A stretch of DNA of 64,000 nucleotides from a virus (lineage: Duplodnaviria > Caudoviricetes), in the IMG/VR virus record IMGVR_UViG_3300034073_003276. One strand, 5' to 3'. Below the pieces are notes generated by a model. That model was given only the letters and a program-made list of their open reading frames with translations, had not been told where the DNA came from and made no database searches. Shown here one piece after another: positions 8,602 to 16,391 of this stretch (its first letter is position 1; each line of letters begins with the position of its first letter). Made by a program: the position numbers and the translations under genes.

Positions 8602-8773
8602 AATAAGTGTTTGTGTTGCCGTAGTTTAGATAGTGCCAGAATAAGTTTCTCATTCTGGTTTCATTAGGATACCCGTCAAGATGGTTCCACATATGATTTC
8701 TCCAAGAATACACACAATACTCAAAGAGATGAATAGAAGTCCAGATAGTCCATTTCTTCCAGGTGTCAGTCAT
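8594..8773 (-). CDS. Trp/Tyr-rich hypothetical protein (59 aa, MTDTWKKW...)
   Basis: read manually; coupled to both neighbours. Confidence 0.55.
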   Translation of the reverse strand: MTDTWKKWTIWTSIHLFEYCVYSWRNHMWNHLDGYPNETRMRNLFWHYLNYGNTNTYYD

Positions 8774-8943
8774 TCTTCATCCTCCACAGGGAACATAGCA
8801 TCATACTCTTCATCAGTCAGTGTGAGATACTGGACATCAGCATCTTGGTGTTCTTCGGCATACATCAGTTGGTAATGAGCAAAGGAACTTTCAGAAGTGC
8901 TGGCGTATTCTACAAGACCATCAACAAGGCAAAGGTAGTTCAT
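8770..8943 (-). CDS. acidic 57 aa protein, paralogue A (MNYLCLVDG...)
   Basis: read manually; strongly similar to 10440..10616. Confidence 0.7.
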   Translation of the reverse strand: MNYLCLVDGLVEYASTSESSFAHYQLMYAEEHQDADVQYLTLTDEEYDAMFPVEDEE

Positions 8944-9248
8944 TTTGCCTCCAGTTTACCAATAAGAGTTTTAAGTTCAGCAATCGTTTGGCGATTCCAC
9001 ATTTTAGGATCTCTTTTTACAGCAATTGTGTACTCATCTTCTGGGTCATCATACCATAGTTTGTTCTGCCATTCCTCATCAAGAATAGGATCCAAACACT
9101 CAAGATCACCAAGAAGTTCAAAGATCTCATCGGCAATAAGTTCTTTATCAATCTTATTCATTACTGATTGCTTGACTTGAAGATGATTTCTAAGAAGAAC
9201 ATCATAAAGATGACGGAGTTCTTCTCTTGTAAATTGGAGTTCAATCAT
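8940..9248 (-). CDS. hypothetical protein, first gene behind a promoter cassette
   Basis: start trimmed to MIELQF (9248), downstream of TATAAT. Confidence 0.65.
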   Translation of the reverse strand: MIELQFTREELRHLYDVLLRNHLQVKQSVMNKIDKELIADEIFELLGDLECLDPILDEEWQNKLWYDDPEDEYTIAVKRDPKMWNRQTIAELKTLIGKLEAK

Positions 9249-9269
9249 TGGTTTGTTGTGTATGAAGTC

Positions 9270-9326
9270 ATTATAGACCAAAAAGGGCACCTGTGGAGAT
9301 GCCCTGTGCCAGTTTAGAGATTGTCC
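9270..9326 (-). promoter_or_regulatory. early promoter/stem-loop cassette, copy 4
   Basis: GGACAATCTCTAAACTGGCAC-AGGGCA/TGCCCT hairpin followed by a T run, TATAAT 9275-9270. Confidence 0.75.
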
Positions 9327-9583
9327 TCTTCTTGTTTCTCAATATCAAAAATAGCATTTAGAAACTCCAGACTATACTTACCAACAACCCAAGCATCTTT
9401 ATCCTCAAAGAATCGGTCTCCAATGGTTCTCATATTGTAAGATTCTTTGTCTTTATCAAAAAAAGCAATCACATAACAGGTTGGGTCTTTGAAGAAACTA
9501 TCTTCTGTTGGTGTATTCCACTTGACGAGTTCATACTTGTTGTTACATTTGCTCCATCTAAATTCTATGTTACGAAACCTCAT
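9314..9583 (-). CDS. hypothetical protein
   Basis: 89 aa ORF. Confidence 0.7.
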   Translation of the reverse strand: MRFRNIEFRWSKCNNKYELVKWNTPTEDSFFKDPTCYVIAFFDKDKESYNMRTIGDRFFEDKDAWVVGKYSLEFLNAIFDIEKQEEDNL

Positions 9584-9789
9584 TTGCCCTCCAATTCATC
9601 AAGTTTTTCATTCACAAAACCAGTCATATCAAGTGTGCGAGGGTCTATACCTTCATCAGCACAATCAAGGTGAAACTCCATAACAGCACCAAGAATCAAA
9701 CAAGCACGACGCTTATCATGCACCGTGATAGTGGTATGTGGCATCGCAACATAGTTTACAATGTGCTCGTAGAGTTCATCGTAGGTCAT
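9580..9789 (-). CDS. hypothetical protein
   Basis: 69 aa ORF. Confidence 0.65.
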   Translation of the reverse strand: MTYDELYEHIVNYVAMPHTTITVHDKRRACLILGAVMEFHLDCADEGIDPRTLDMTGFVNEKLDELEGK

Positions 9790-10058
9790 TCAAATTCTCC
9801 TGGTTTAGGTTCTGGAACTGGTGGAAGAGGTGGAAGAATTACAGGTTTCTGAACTACTACAGTTTCAGGTTTTGGTTGTTCCTTTACTTGTTTTAGTTCT
9901 TCTTCAAGTTGATTAATTTTTTCTTCAAAAGCAGAAACATCTTGTGTTTGCTCTACAGGTTGAGATTGATTTTCATTTGCCAGTTTCCAACCAGCAGCAC
10001 CAGCAGCAAAGATACTTGCGAGAGCAGCACAAACAGAAACAGTCTTAGAAAAACTCAT
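9786..10058 (-). CDS. membrane-anchored coiled-coil, Pro-rich protein
   Basis: N-terminal hydrophobic helix, coiled coil, PPLPPVP tail. Confidence 0.65.
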   Translation of the reverse strand: MSFSKTVSVCAALASIFAAGAAGWKLANENQSQPVEQTQDVSAFEEKINQLEEELKQVKEQPKPETVVVQKPVILPPLPPVPEPKPGEFE

Positions 10059-10231
10059 TCATCCTCCTCAAAATTAAAGTATTCGTAGATGGAAGACATC
10101 ACAGCGTCTTCCACTGCTTCAATGATAGCACCTTCAGTGGGATTGTCAATATACTTGAATGCTCGGGAATAACCACGACGCACACCCTCTTCGATTGCTT
10201 GTTCTAGAATAACACGGAATTTTGGTTTCAT
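10055..10231 (-). CDS. hypothetical protein (58 aa, MKPKFRVILEQAIEEG...)
   Basis: read manually; coupled ORF. Confidence 0.6.
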   Translation of the reverse strand: MKPKFRVILEQAIEEGVRRGYSRAFKYIDNPTEGAIIEAVEDAVMSSIYEYFNFEEDE

Positions 10232-10443
10232 TCAATCACCTCCCAATGTGCATCAGATTTGTCACCGAAACGATTTGTGCCCTGACGAGTGCTGACCCAG
10301 AAGAAGTATTTGCGGTTCTCACTGGCAAGAAACAATTCACCACCAGTATCCTGCTCTACAATGCAGACAGGGTTATTGTCCATTGTATTCGCTAGACGAT
10401 TCTTTGCCTTGCTGGATTTAGGTTTTACTACGACTTTTCTCAT
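10228..10443 (-). CDS. conserved cyanophage-type hypothetical protein
   Basis: 71 aa, V.PKSSKAKNRLAN motif. Confidence 0.65.
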   Translation of the reverse strand: MRKVVVKPKSSKAKNRLANTMDNNPVCIVEQDTGGELFLASENRKYFFWVSTRQGTNRFGDKSDAHWEVIE

Positions 10444-10616
10444 TCTTCTTCATCCAAAGGAGCAAAAAATTGGTCATATTCTTCATCAGTGAGAGTAAGA
10501 TACTGGACTTCAGCATCTTGGTGCTCTTCGGCATACATTACCTGATAATGCTGAAATTGATTCCAGTCATTAGCAGCATACTCTATGGTGCCGTCCAGAA
10601 GACAAAGATAGTGCAT
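10440..10616 (-). CDS. acidic 58 aa protein, paralogue B (MHYLCLLDG...)
   Basis: read manually; first gene behind cassette copy 5. Confidence 0.7.
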   Translation of the reverse strand: MHYLCLLDGTIEYAANDWNQFQHYQVMYAEEHQDAEVQYLTLTDEEYDQFFAPLDEEE

Positions 10617-10637
10617 TGGTCTTTTGCTTATGGAAGT

Positions 10638-10695
10638 ATTATACAGCAGAAAAGGGCACCTGTGAAGTGCCCCTGTGCCAGTTTAGAGATTGTCC
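10638..10695 (-). promoter_or_regulatory. early promoter/stem-loop cassette, copy 5
   Basis: GGACAATCTCTAAACTGGCAC, GGGCAC/GTGCCC hairpin plus T run, TTCACA-17-TATAAT(10643-10638). Confidence 0.8.
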
Positions 10696-11480
10696 GTATC
10701 GATTTCAAAGTTAGGGTCAAAATCTGGATTCATTTCCAGTGGATAATATCCTCTGGGATTACACACTACTCTACAATCACCAATCTTATAGTCAAAGGAA
10801 GTATGGGTATGTCCGTGCGACCAGACCCGAATCTCAGGATGGTCTAGAATGAGACCGTCAAGATCGCTGACGTAGGCACCGTTTGCGATTCCACTACTTT
10901 TGAATTTTTCGTGAACCGACTGGTAAGAGGGTGCGTGGTGCGTCAGAATCCAGATTTTCTGATTTTTGAAAAGTTCTAACTGATCCAGTAGGAATTGCTT
11001 GGAGTTGTTATGAAAAGCATAAGTATCGTCAGGGTTCATCTTGCGATACTTCGAAGTGATACGAATGGTCTTATAATCATTCAGACACTGAGATGCTTCC
11101 ATCATTTCCAGAGCATTTCCATTACGGAAATCAGTCCAGAAAGTTGAACCAATAAAAACCCAGTCTTGAATCTTGACAACACTATCTTCCATAACATGAA
11201 AGTGGTTACCAAGATGCTCTTTCAGGACATTCCAACTACCTTCATAGTTGTATCCATATGCTTCATGATTGCCTGCGATGTAAAGAATGGTATTAAAATT
11301 ATCATAACAACGCTTTACAAATCTTTCGTAGTTCTTACGAAAGTTTCCATCTTTCTTGAAGTGGCGAGCACATAGAATGTCACCACCAAGAATCAAAACT
11401 TCACCTTCACCAAGATTAGGAAGTTCGTGCTCATACTCACAGCACTCAAGGTGCAAATCAGATACAATTTTGACTTTCAT
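10683..11480 (-). CDS. calcineurin-like metallophosphoesterase
   Basis: SDLH, GGDI, GNHE, HHAP and GHTH motifs. Confidence 0.9.
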   Translation of the reverse strand: MKVKIVSDLHLECCEYEHELPNLGEGEVLILGGDILCARHFKKDGNFRKNYERFVKRCYDNFNTILYIAGNHEAYGYNYEGSWNVLKEHLGNHFHVMEDSVVKIQDWVFIGSTFWTDFRNGNALEMMEASQCLNDYKTIRITSKYRKMNPDDTYAFHNNSKQFLLDQLELFKNQKIWILTHHAPSYQSVHEKFKSSGIANGAYVSDLDGLILDHPEIRVWSHGHTHTSFDYKIGDCRVVCNPRGYYPLEMNPDFDPNFEIDTDNL

Positions 11481-11514
11481 AATATTATGATGTCTGTAAA
11501 ATTATTATAAAGCA

Positions 11515-11922
11515 TCAAGTCTCAGATGCTTCGTCCAATGTGCCAGTTTCATAATCGTCACCCAACTCCACATCTTTTACAAGGTCTTTTATTCTATCAA
11601 AGAAATCCTCATCAAGTGGAACTACTTTTTCTTTTCCAGTTTCAATATCATCCACCATCTGCATCAGGTATTCAAGAAACTCTTTCGGATAAACATCATC
11701 TTCATTCAGTGATGCCCAGAACCATTCGATACATTCTGTTTCAGGATCGTCTTCTTTAAGTAGAGCATAACCAGCATAATCTGATGTCATTAGATTTGCC
11801 CAGATGCGGAATGTCATTCGCATACTTTGCCATCCAGTCATCCAACAATGTCCAATCCAATACTCCCACCAGTTCATCTTGGTTTTATTAGGATGTGTGC
11901 CTCTAACTGGTGTGCTAAACAT
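11515..11922 (-). CDS. conserved hypothetical protein
   Basis: 135 aa ORF, TAATG-coupled. Confidence 0.65.
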   Translation of the reverse strand: MFSTPVRGTHPNKTKMNWWEYWIGHCWMTGWQSMRMTFRIWANLMTSDYAGYALLKEDDPETECIEWFWASLNEDDVYPKEFLEYLMQMVDDIETGKEKVVPLDEDFFDRIKDLVKDVELGDDYETGTLDEASET

Positions 11923-12221
11923 TATTCTCTAACTCCAATGTCACCATCAACATCATCCAGTGATGTATCAAATTCAATATCTTTCAGATAATCCCAACTC
12001 CAGGTTCTTCCTAAAATTGTCACATCAATTCCAAACTTATATGCCCAGAACAGAATATCAAGAATATCACCAGTTCCCGACTTAATTTGAAGATAAGGCC
12101 AAGATGGACAATCATTCCAACTTATGGAAATTTGAAGTAATGAGATTCTTTTGATGTTAATGATTTGAACATACCAATCATGACCAAAATCGTATCGATG
12201 ACAGAATTTTATGAGGTTCAT
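11922..12221 (-). CDS. hypothetical protein
   Basis: 99 aa ORF. Confidence 0.65.
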   Translation of the reverse strand: MNLIKFCHRYDFGHDWYVQIINIKRISLLQISISWNDCPSWPYLQIKSGTGDILDILFWAYKFGIDVTILGRTWSWDYLKDIEFDTSLDDVDGDIGVRE

Positions 12222-12233
12222 TAATTTTATTCC

Positions 12234-12710
12234 TTAAGTATAAATGTAATCTTTCCAATCTTTGACATTTGAAGTCGAAATTGCCAAATGAATTTTATTG
12301 TATGGAGTTTTTGGAATGAACTTTAGAATCATACCTGCTTCTGTTGGAGTGCGATTACCTTTTTTAGAATTACAATGATTACAAGCAGTTACCAAATTAT
12401 CCCAAGTATTTTGACCACCTCTGGAAGTTGGGTGAATGTGATCAATTGTAAGACTTTCCTTAGCACCACAATAAGCACAAGTATAGTTGTCACGCTTCAT
12501 TACCAGATTTCTTGTCGGTCGATTTTGAGTTAATTTATGATAAGGAAGTTTCACATAATCAATCAAACGTATTACTTTTTCGGTAATCATATGTGCTTTT
12601 TCCTTAAGTAGAAGCACAATAGCACGACGTGAGTTGCAAATGTTAATTGGATTGTAATCGCTGTTTAATACAAGAACAGAAGTATTGACTTTGATTTTCC
12701 TGTAGTCCAT
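12234..12710 (-). CDS. HNH endonuclease (McrA-like, bacterial type)
   Basis: VLVLN..Y.P N-terminus; RDNYTCAYCG...TIDHIHP...GG...W.NLVTAC..CN..K. Confidence 0.85.
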   Translation of the reverse strand: MDYRKIKVNTSVLVLNSDYNPINICNSRRAIVLLLKEKAHMITEKVIRLIDYVKLPYHKLTQNRPTRNLVMKRDNYTCAYCGAKESLTIDHIHPTSRGGQNTWDNLVTACNHCNSKKGNRTPTEAGMILKFIPKTPYNKIHLAISTSNVKDWKDYIYT

Positions 12711-12898
12711 TATATTTGCTTGAGAATGGATTGAGTTTTACTTAATACTTTTGTATGGTAGTTTTCCCATTCTTGAAGAATATCTGTAATATCATCCAAC
12801 ACAACCTCTGGAGAAGCATCATCTTCAAAATACTTGCGAATTGCTTCTGCTAAGTATCTTTTCCTGCTCCACTCTGCTGAATAAGGTTTGTAGTCCAT
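12710..12898 (-). CDS. conserved cyanophage-type hypothetical protein
   Basis: 62 aa, MDYKPYS.EW. Confidence 0.65.
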   Translation of the reverse strand: MDYKPYSAEWSRKRYLAEAIRKYFEDDASPEVVLDDITDILQEWENYHTKVLSKTQSILKQI

Positions 12899-12945
12899 AA
12901 TAATGGGTGTATATGGGTGTATTATAGGGTAATTAGAGTCTTATG

Positions 12946-13269
12946 TCAATCTCTCTGTCTCCAATCGGTTTCATCATCGTCTCTCCTAAACCAATCGTGT
13001 AGATCTTCTGGAGAATTGAATCCGCGAATACCAAATCTTTCATGACCCAGACCACCAAGATCCATCTGATTCATAAAGTCATCTAAACTACCCTCAACCA
13101 TATCTGGATTCTCTGCCTTTCTTCTTGCTTGACGAAGGATAGTAGCAGCAGAACGATTTGCTTTTGCAAGTTTCTCTGCCCAAATCATATCTTCCAGACT
13201 AACTTCTTCGTGTTTCGCAATCTTCTCACAAATTTCTTCAAGTCTAAGTCTGTATTGTGTAGAAAGCAT
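12946..13269 (-). CDS. conserved cyanophage-type hypothetical protein
   Basis: 107 aa, MLSTQYRLRLE.IC..I. Confidence 0.7.
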   Translation of the reverse strand: MLSTQYRLRLEEICEKIAKHEEVSLEDMIWAEKLAKANRSAATILRQARRKAENPDMVEGSLDDFMNQMDLGGLGHERFGIRGFNSPEDLHDWFRRDDDETDWRQRD

Positions 13270-13289
13270 AAGTTTTTTCCAGATATGTA

Positions 13290-13529
13290 CTATTTATTTT
13301 TGGATTCTATCTCTTTTTGCAGTTCTTCCGCAAGTTTATATGCTCTTCTCCACATAATATACTTCACAATCGGATTTGCAGGATTGTGAAGTATCCACCA
13401 TTTTGTCTTTTCGTATTGAACTCTTGCCAGTTGAGTTAGCATATAAAATGCCCTCGCTACTGATTGGTCTGTGACAATCAAGTATCCAATACAAAAGAAT
13501 ATGACAAAGTAGATGTAAATGGTATTCAT
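13290..13529 (-). CDS. membrane-associated hypothetical protein
   Basis: 79 aa with N-terminal TM. Confidence 0.6.
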   Translation of the reverse strand: MNTIYIYFVIFFCIGYLIVTDQSVARAFYMLTQLARVQYEKTKWWILHNPANPIVKYIMWRRAYKLAEELQKEIESKNK

Positions 13530-13687
13530 TTGCGAATTGTTTTCAGATATTCTAACACATTTTCTCTGACTGCCATCAACTCATTGTAACATTTCTGATT
13601 ATGAGCACACTGTCGCAACTCATGGTCTGGTTTATGGACGGACTCGATAAACAAGTCAAGACCACGATTCCATTGATCATTTGTCAT
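13526..13687 (-). CDS. hypothetical protein (53 aa, MTNDQWNRGLDLFIESV...)
   Basis: read manually; coupled ORF. Confidence 0.6.
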   Translation of the reverse strand: MTNDQWNRGLDLFIESVHKPDHELRQCAHNQKCYNELMAVRENVLEYLKTIRK

Positions 13688-13847
13688 CTTTTTTAACTGT
13701 TACAGGACAAAAGGGAATGGTCTTACGCACTTCCTGGATGATTTCTGATTTTTGAATCGGAGTCAATCCAACAACTTTTGTAAGACGATGAATGATACCT
13801 AAAGCATCAGCACAAGATATGGTCATTGTAAGTAATAGAGTAACCAT
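13677..13847 (-). CDS. small exported or membrane protein (56 aa)
   Basis: read manually; MVTLLLTMTISC. Confidence 0.55.
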   Translation of the reverse strand: MVTLLLTMTISCADALGIIHRLTKVVGLTPIQKSEIIQEVRKTIPFCPVTVKKDDK

Positions 13848-13874
13848 TACCGTCTCCCATATTTCGAATATTTA

Positions 13875-14078
13875 TCAGGAGAAACCTTTACTCTTAACCT
13901 TCTTTTTATCTTTGACGATTATAACATCTAAAAAATCAGGAACCTGTGAGTTTTGATACCAATACACCTGCGTGTCCTCCCAATTGTCGAAAAATACCTT
14001 TTTGTTATTTTTCAGCACAACTTCATAGTCGTGCTTATCATAGGGTGCTTCAGATGTGACTTTGAATGTTGTCGTCAT
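13875..14078 (-). CDS. hypothetical protein
   Basis: 67 aa ORF ending KGFS. Confidence 0.6.
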   Translation of the reverse strand: MTTTFKVTSEAPYDKHDYEVVLKNNKKVFFDNWEDTQVYWYQNSQVPDFLDVIIVKDKKKVKSKGFS

Positions 14079-14317
14079 AAAAATTCCTTAAGAGTCGCTA
14101 CCGATGCACCTTTTACGGACTTTTGAATGTAGGTTTTTGCGGACTTATAATTGTTGGCAGTATGAACTTGTTGTCCATTATGAAGGATAATAAACTTTTT
14201 ACCATAAGGCACTGCTGCCCACATTCCATCCTTACTCACATAACCATTCGGATCTCCTGGTTTAGGATTAAGAATACTAGGATGGTCGATGAAAGGTTTC
14301 TGAAACTTTTCAGTCAT
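14075..14317 (-). CDS. conserved cyanophage-type hypothetical protein
   Basis: 80 aa ORF. Confidence 0.65.
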   Translation of the reverse strand: MTEKFQKPFIDHPSILNPKPGDPNGYVSKDGMWAAVPYGKKFIILHNGQQVHTANNYKSAKTYIQKSVKGASVATLKEFL

Positions 14318-14457
14318 CCGAAAATAGCAGTGACACTGATGACTTTAGCAGTTGGATTGCGTGCTATAGCAGTGCGCTTGGCATCATCATAATCCCGTGC
14401 TTCGACAATTTCGTCAAAGACCTTACCACAAACATACAATTGAACTTTACAACGCAT
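14314..14457 (-). CDS. hypothetical protein (47 aa, MRCKVQLYVCGKVF...ARNP.AKV)
   Basis: read manually; first gene behind cassette copy 6. Confidence 0.65.
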   Translation of the reverse strand: MRCKVQLYVCGKVFDEIVEARDYDDAKRTAIARNPTAKVISVTAIFG

Positions 14458-14485
14458 TTGGAGAAACTCCTGTTTGTTTGAGTGT

Positions 14486-14542
14486 ATTATAAGGCAAAAG
14501 AGGGAAAAAGGAAACTGGTGTGGTCCAGTTTCCCAACTGCTC
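14486..14542 (-). promoter_or_regulatory. early promoter/stem-loop cassette, copy 6
   Basis: perfect inverted repeat GGAAACTGG-n6-CCAGTTTCC (14510-14533); TATAAT 14491-14486. Confidence 0.65.
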
Positions 14543-15776
14543 AGCGGCGCACCACAGACACTGCCACATCACCCTGCTTGAAGATAATGTCCACCACATT
14601 CTGGACTGCCTTCGCAGTGCCCTCAGAAGCACGGTCAAACACGGGGCACACTACCAGACCATAGGACTTGGTGTAGGACCCCAGAGCGCCTGCCTGAAGC
14701 GCCCCAGAGCGGATTCCAGCAGCGTCATCGGGGTGTAGACGCAGCGTACGCCCAACCGTCTGACCGATACCCACAGTATCCATAGAGCGCATAAACACCA
14801 CTGCCTCCAGTGCCGAAATGTTGATGCCTTCTGCCAGAATAGAGTGGTGAAGAACAACAAACTTCTTGTCAGCATCCTTGCCCCAAGCATTCAGAGTGTC
14901 AAAGAATACCTCACGGTTGACCTTCTGCCCATCAATAAAAGCACCGTGCTTGGCAGTAATATGAAGCACAGAGTAACCTTCCTCTGCCAGTTGATTAGCA
15001 AAGTCAGTTTCAGACAGCAGATTGATAATGTGCTTGGTTGCTTTCGCACAAATCAGAATCTTGTTGACAGGATTCTCCGAAATCACATTCATCAGATACT
15101 CACAGTCCCGTTGGGCAATATCCTCACCCTTGACAGACAGACGCATCTGGGAAGCAATCACCTTAGGAGGAATGATATAACCATTCTCCACCAACTCAGG
15201 AGCAGGAACTTTAGCAATGATACTACCGTAGACAGCAGTATCATTCATACCAGGTTTAGAAATCGTTGCCGAATACTTCGGAGTGGCAGTGAAGAAGTAA
15301 CAACGATTTGCTTCCTGAGAGAAATACTCTACCGCAGGGAAGAAATCACGACGCACAGAGTTGTGTGCCTCGTCAAAGTAGATAGTATTGACAGTAATAT
15401 CTGCCTTCTGAAGTTGCTGAAGGGAGTTATAAGTAGTGAAAATCAGTTTGTGACCTTGAGTTGCTTCTACCCAAGTGTGAATCACATTCGGACGAGTGCT
15501 GCTGAAGTGATGCGTCTCACCACTGTGAACATGAAGCACACGGGCATTGGTGATAAACTCAAGATACTCAGAAGACAACTGCTCAGCAAGCAGAATGCGA
15601 GGAGCAACAACTACAATCGTCTGAGGAATATCTTTCAGAAACTCTTGAATGGCATCAAAGATTCCTACATTGGTCTTGCCACCACCAGTAGGAAACACAC
15701 AGATACCTTTGTCATTCTGACGCAGTGCTTCAAGAGCAGTCTGCTGGTGAGGACGGAGTTGAATCACAGGTCTCAT
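14541..15776 (-). CDS. SF2 DEAD/DEAH-box helicase (type III restriction Res-like)
   Basis: PTGGGKT Walker A, DEAH, TATP, EGI.I and Q..GR.LR motifs. Confidence 0.88.
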   Translation of the reverse strand: MRPVIQLRPHQQTALEALRQNDKGICVFPTGGGKTNVGIFDAIQEFLKDIPQTIVVVAPRILLAEQLSSEYLEFITNARVLHVHSGETHHFSSTRPNVIHTWVEATQGHKLIFTTYNSLQQLQKADITVNTIYFDEAHNSVRRDFFPAVEYFSQEANRCYFFTATPKYSATISKPGMNDTAVYGSIIAKVPAPELVENGYIIPPKVIASQMRLSVKGEDIAQRDCEYLMNVISENPVNKILICAKATKHIINLLSETDFANQLAEEGYSVLHITAKHGAFIDGQKVNREVFFDTLNAWGKDADKKFVVLHHSILAEGINISALEAVVFMRSMDTVGIGQTVGRTLRLHPDDAAGIRSGALQAGALGSYTKSYGLVVCPVFDRASEGTAKAVQNVVDIIFKQGDVAVSVVRR

Positions 15777-15789
15777 TGCGTATAGGACT

Positions 15790-15845
15790 ATTATAGCAGA
15801 AAACCGCCTCTGGTGCGACCCAGTGGACGGTTTCTAAAGTGTCTT
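15790..15845 (-). promoter_or_regulatory. early promoter/stem-loop cassette, copy 7
   Basis: AGACACTTTAGAAACCGTCCAC upstream motif, AAACCG/CGGTTT inverted repeat, TATAAT 15795-15790. Confidence 0.7.
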
Positions 15846-15908
15846 AAAGATATCTGAGAGCTCTTATATTAGGATCTTCAACCAGGACAAAGGTAGTCTA
15901 CAGGGTTT

Positions 15909-16364
15909 TTATGAGTTTGTCAATGGTTTCCATTCATTACCATCCCATTCCCATTCTTTATAATTCCAAGTATATCTGTCTCCAATATTTAAATTATTCT
16001 CTTCTGGGTTTGGAAACATTGGTTCTGGTGGCATATTCTTAGGAATATCTTTATCTAAATTTTTGACGATGTTTTCATATTCTTCAGAAATCCAATCCTG
16101 ATCAGATTCCTTCCATTTACCAAGAGGGCAAGAATCTAATGCAAACTTTACCTTTCCACCTAGATTGCAACCACATTCTTTACATCTGTGTTGCAAATCA
16201 TCGTATTTTGGACACTTTTTACAAATTTCCAATCTTTCTCTTTGCACATCTTCAGATACAAAAAGTGAAACTCCTCCGTTTGCGACTGCCCTTTTTAGAA
16301 TCTCAAAAGTAAATTTTGCCAGATTTTTTCCTTGCTCTGGTAGAGATGGATATTCATTTTCCAT
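15909..16364 (-). CDS. Cys-rich (CxxC) small protein downstream of the fibre genes
   Basis: RLEICKKC...CKECGC...K......CPLGKW. Confidence 0.7.
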   Translation of the reverse strand: MENEYPSLPEQGKNLAKFTFEILKRAVANGGVSLFVSEDVQRERLEICKKCPKYDDLQHRCKECGCNLGGKVKFALDSCPLGKWKESDQDWISEEYENIVKNLDKDIPKNMPPEPMFPNPEENNLNIGDRYTWNYKEWEWDGNEWKPLTNS

Positions 16365-16391
16365 AAGATTTATTATAAACTCATATAATAT

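Noticed and set aside
12700-12900. Adjacent genes both starting ATGGACTAC (MDY), suggesting an insertion footprint for the HNH gene
   Set aside because: The match is only about 10 nt and cannot be distinguished from chance without comparison to relatives.
14844-15785. 313 aa plus-strand ORF
   Set aside because: It is the antisense shadow of the helicase. The helicase has clear motifs and this ORF has none; long antisense frames are expected in strongly codon-biased genes.
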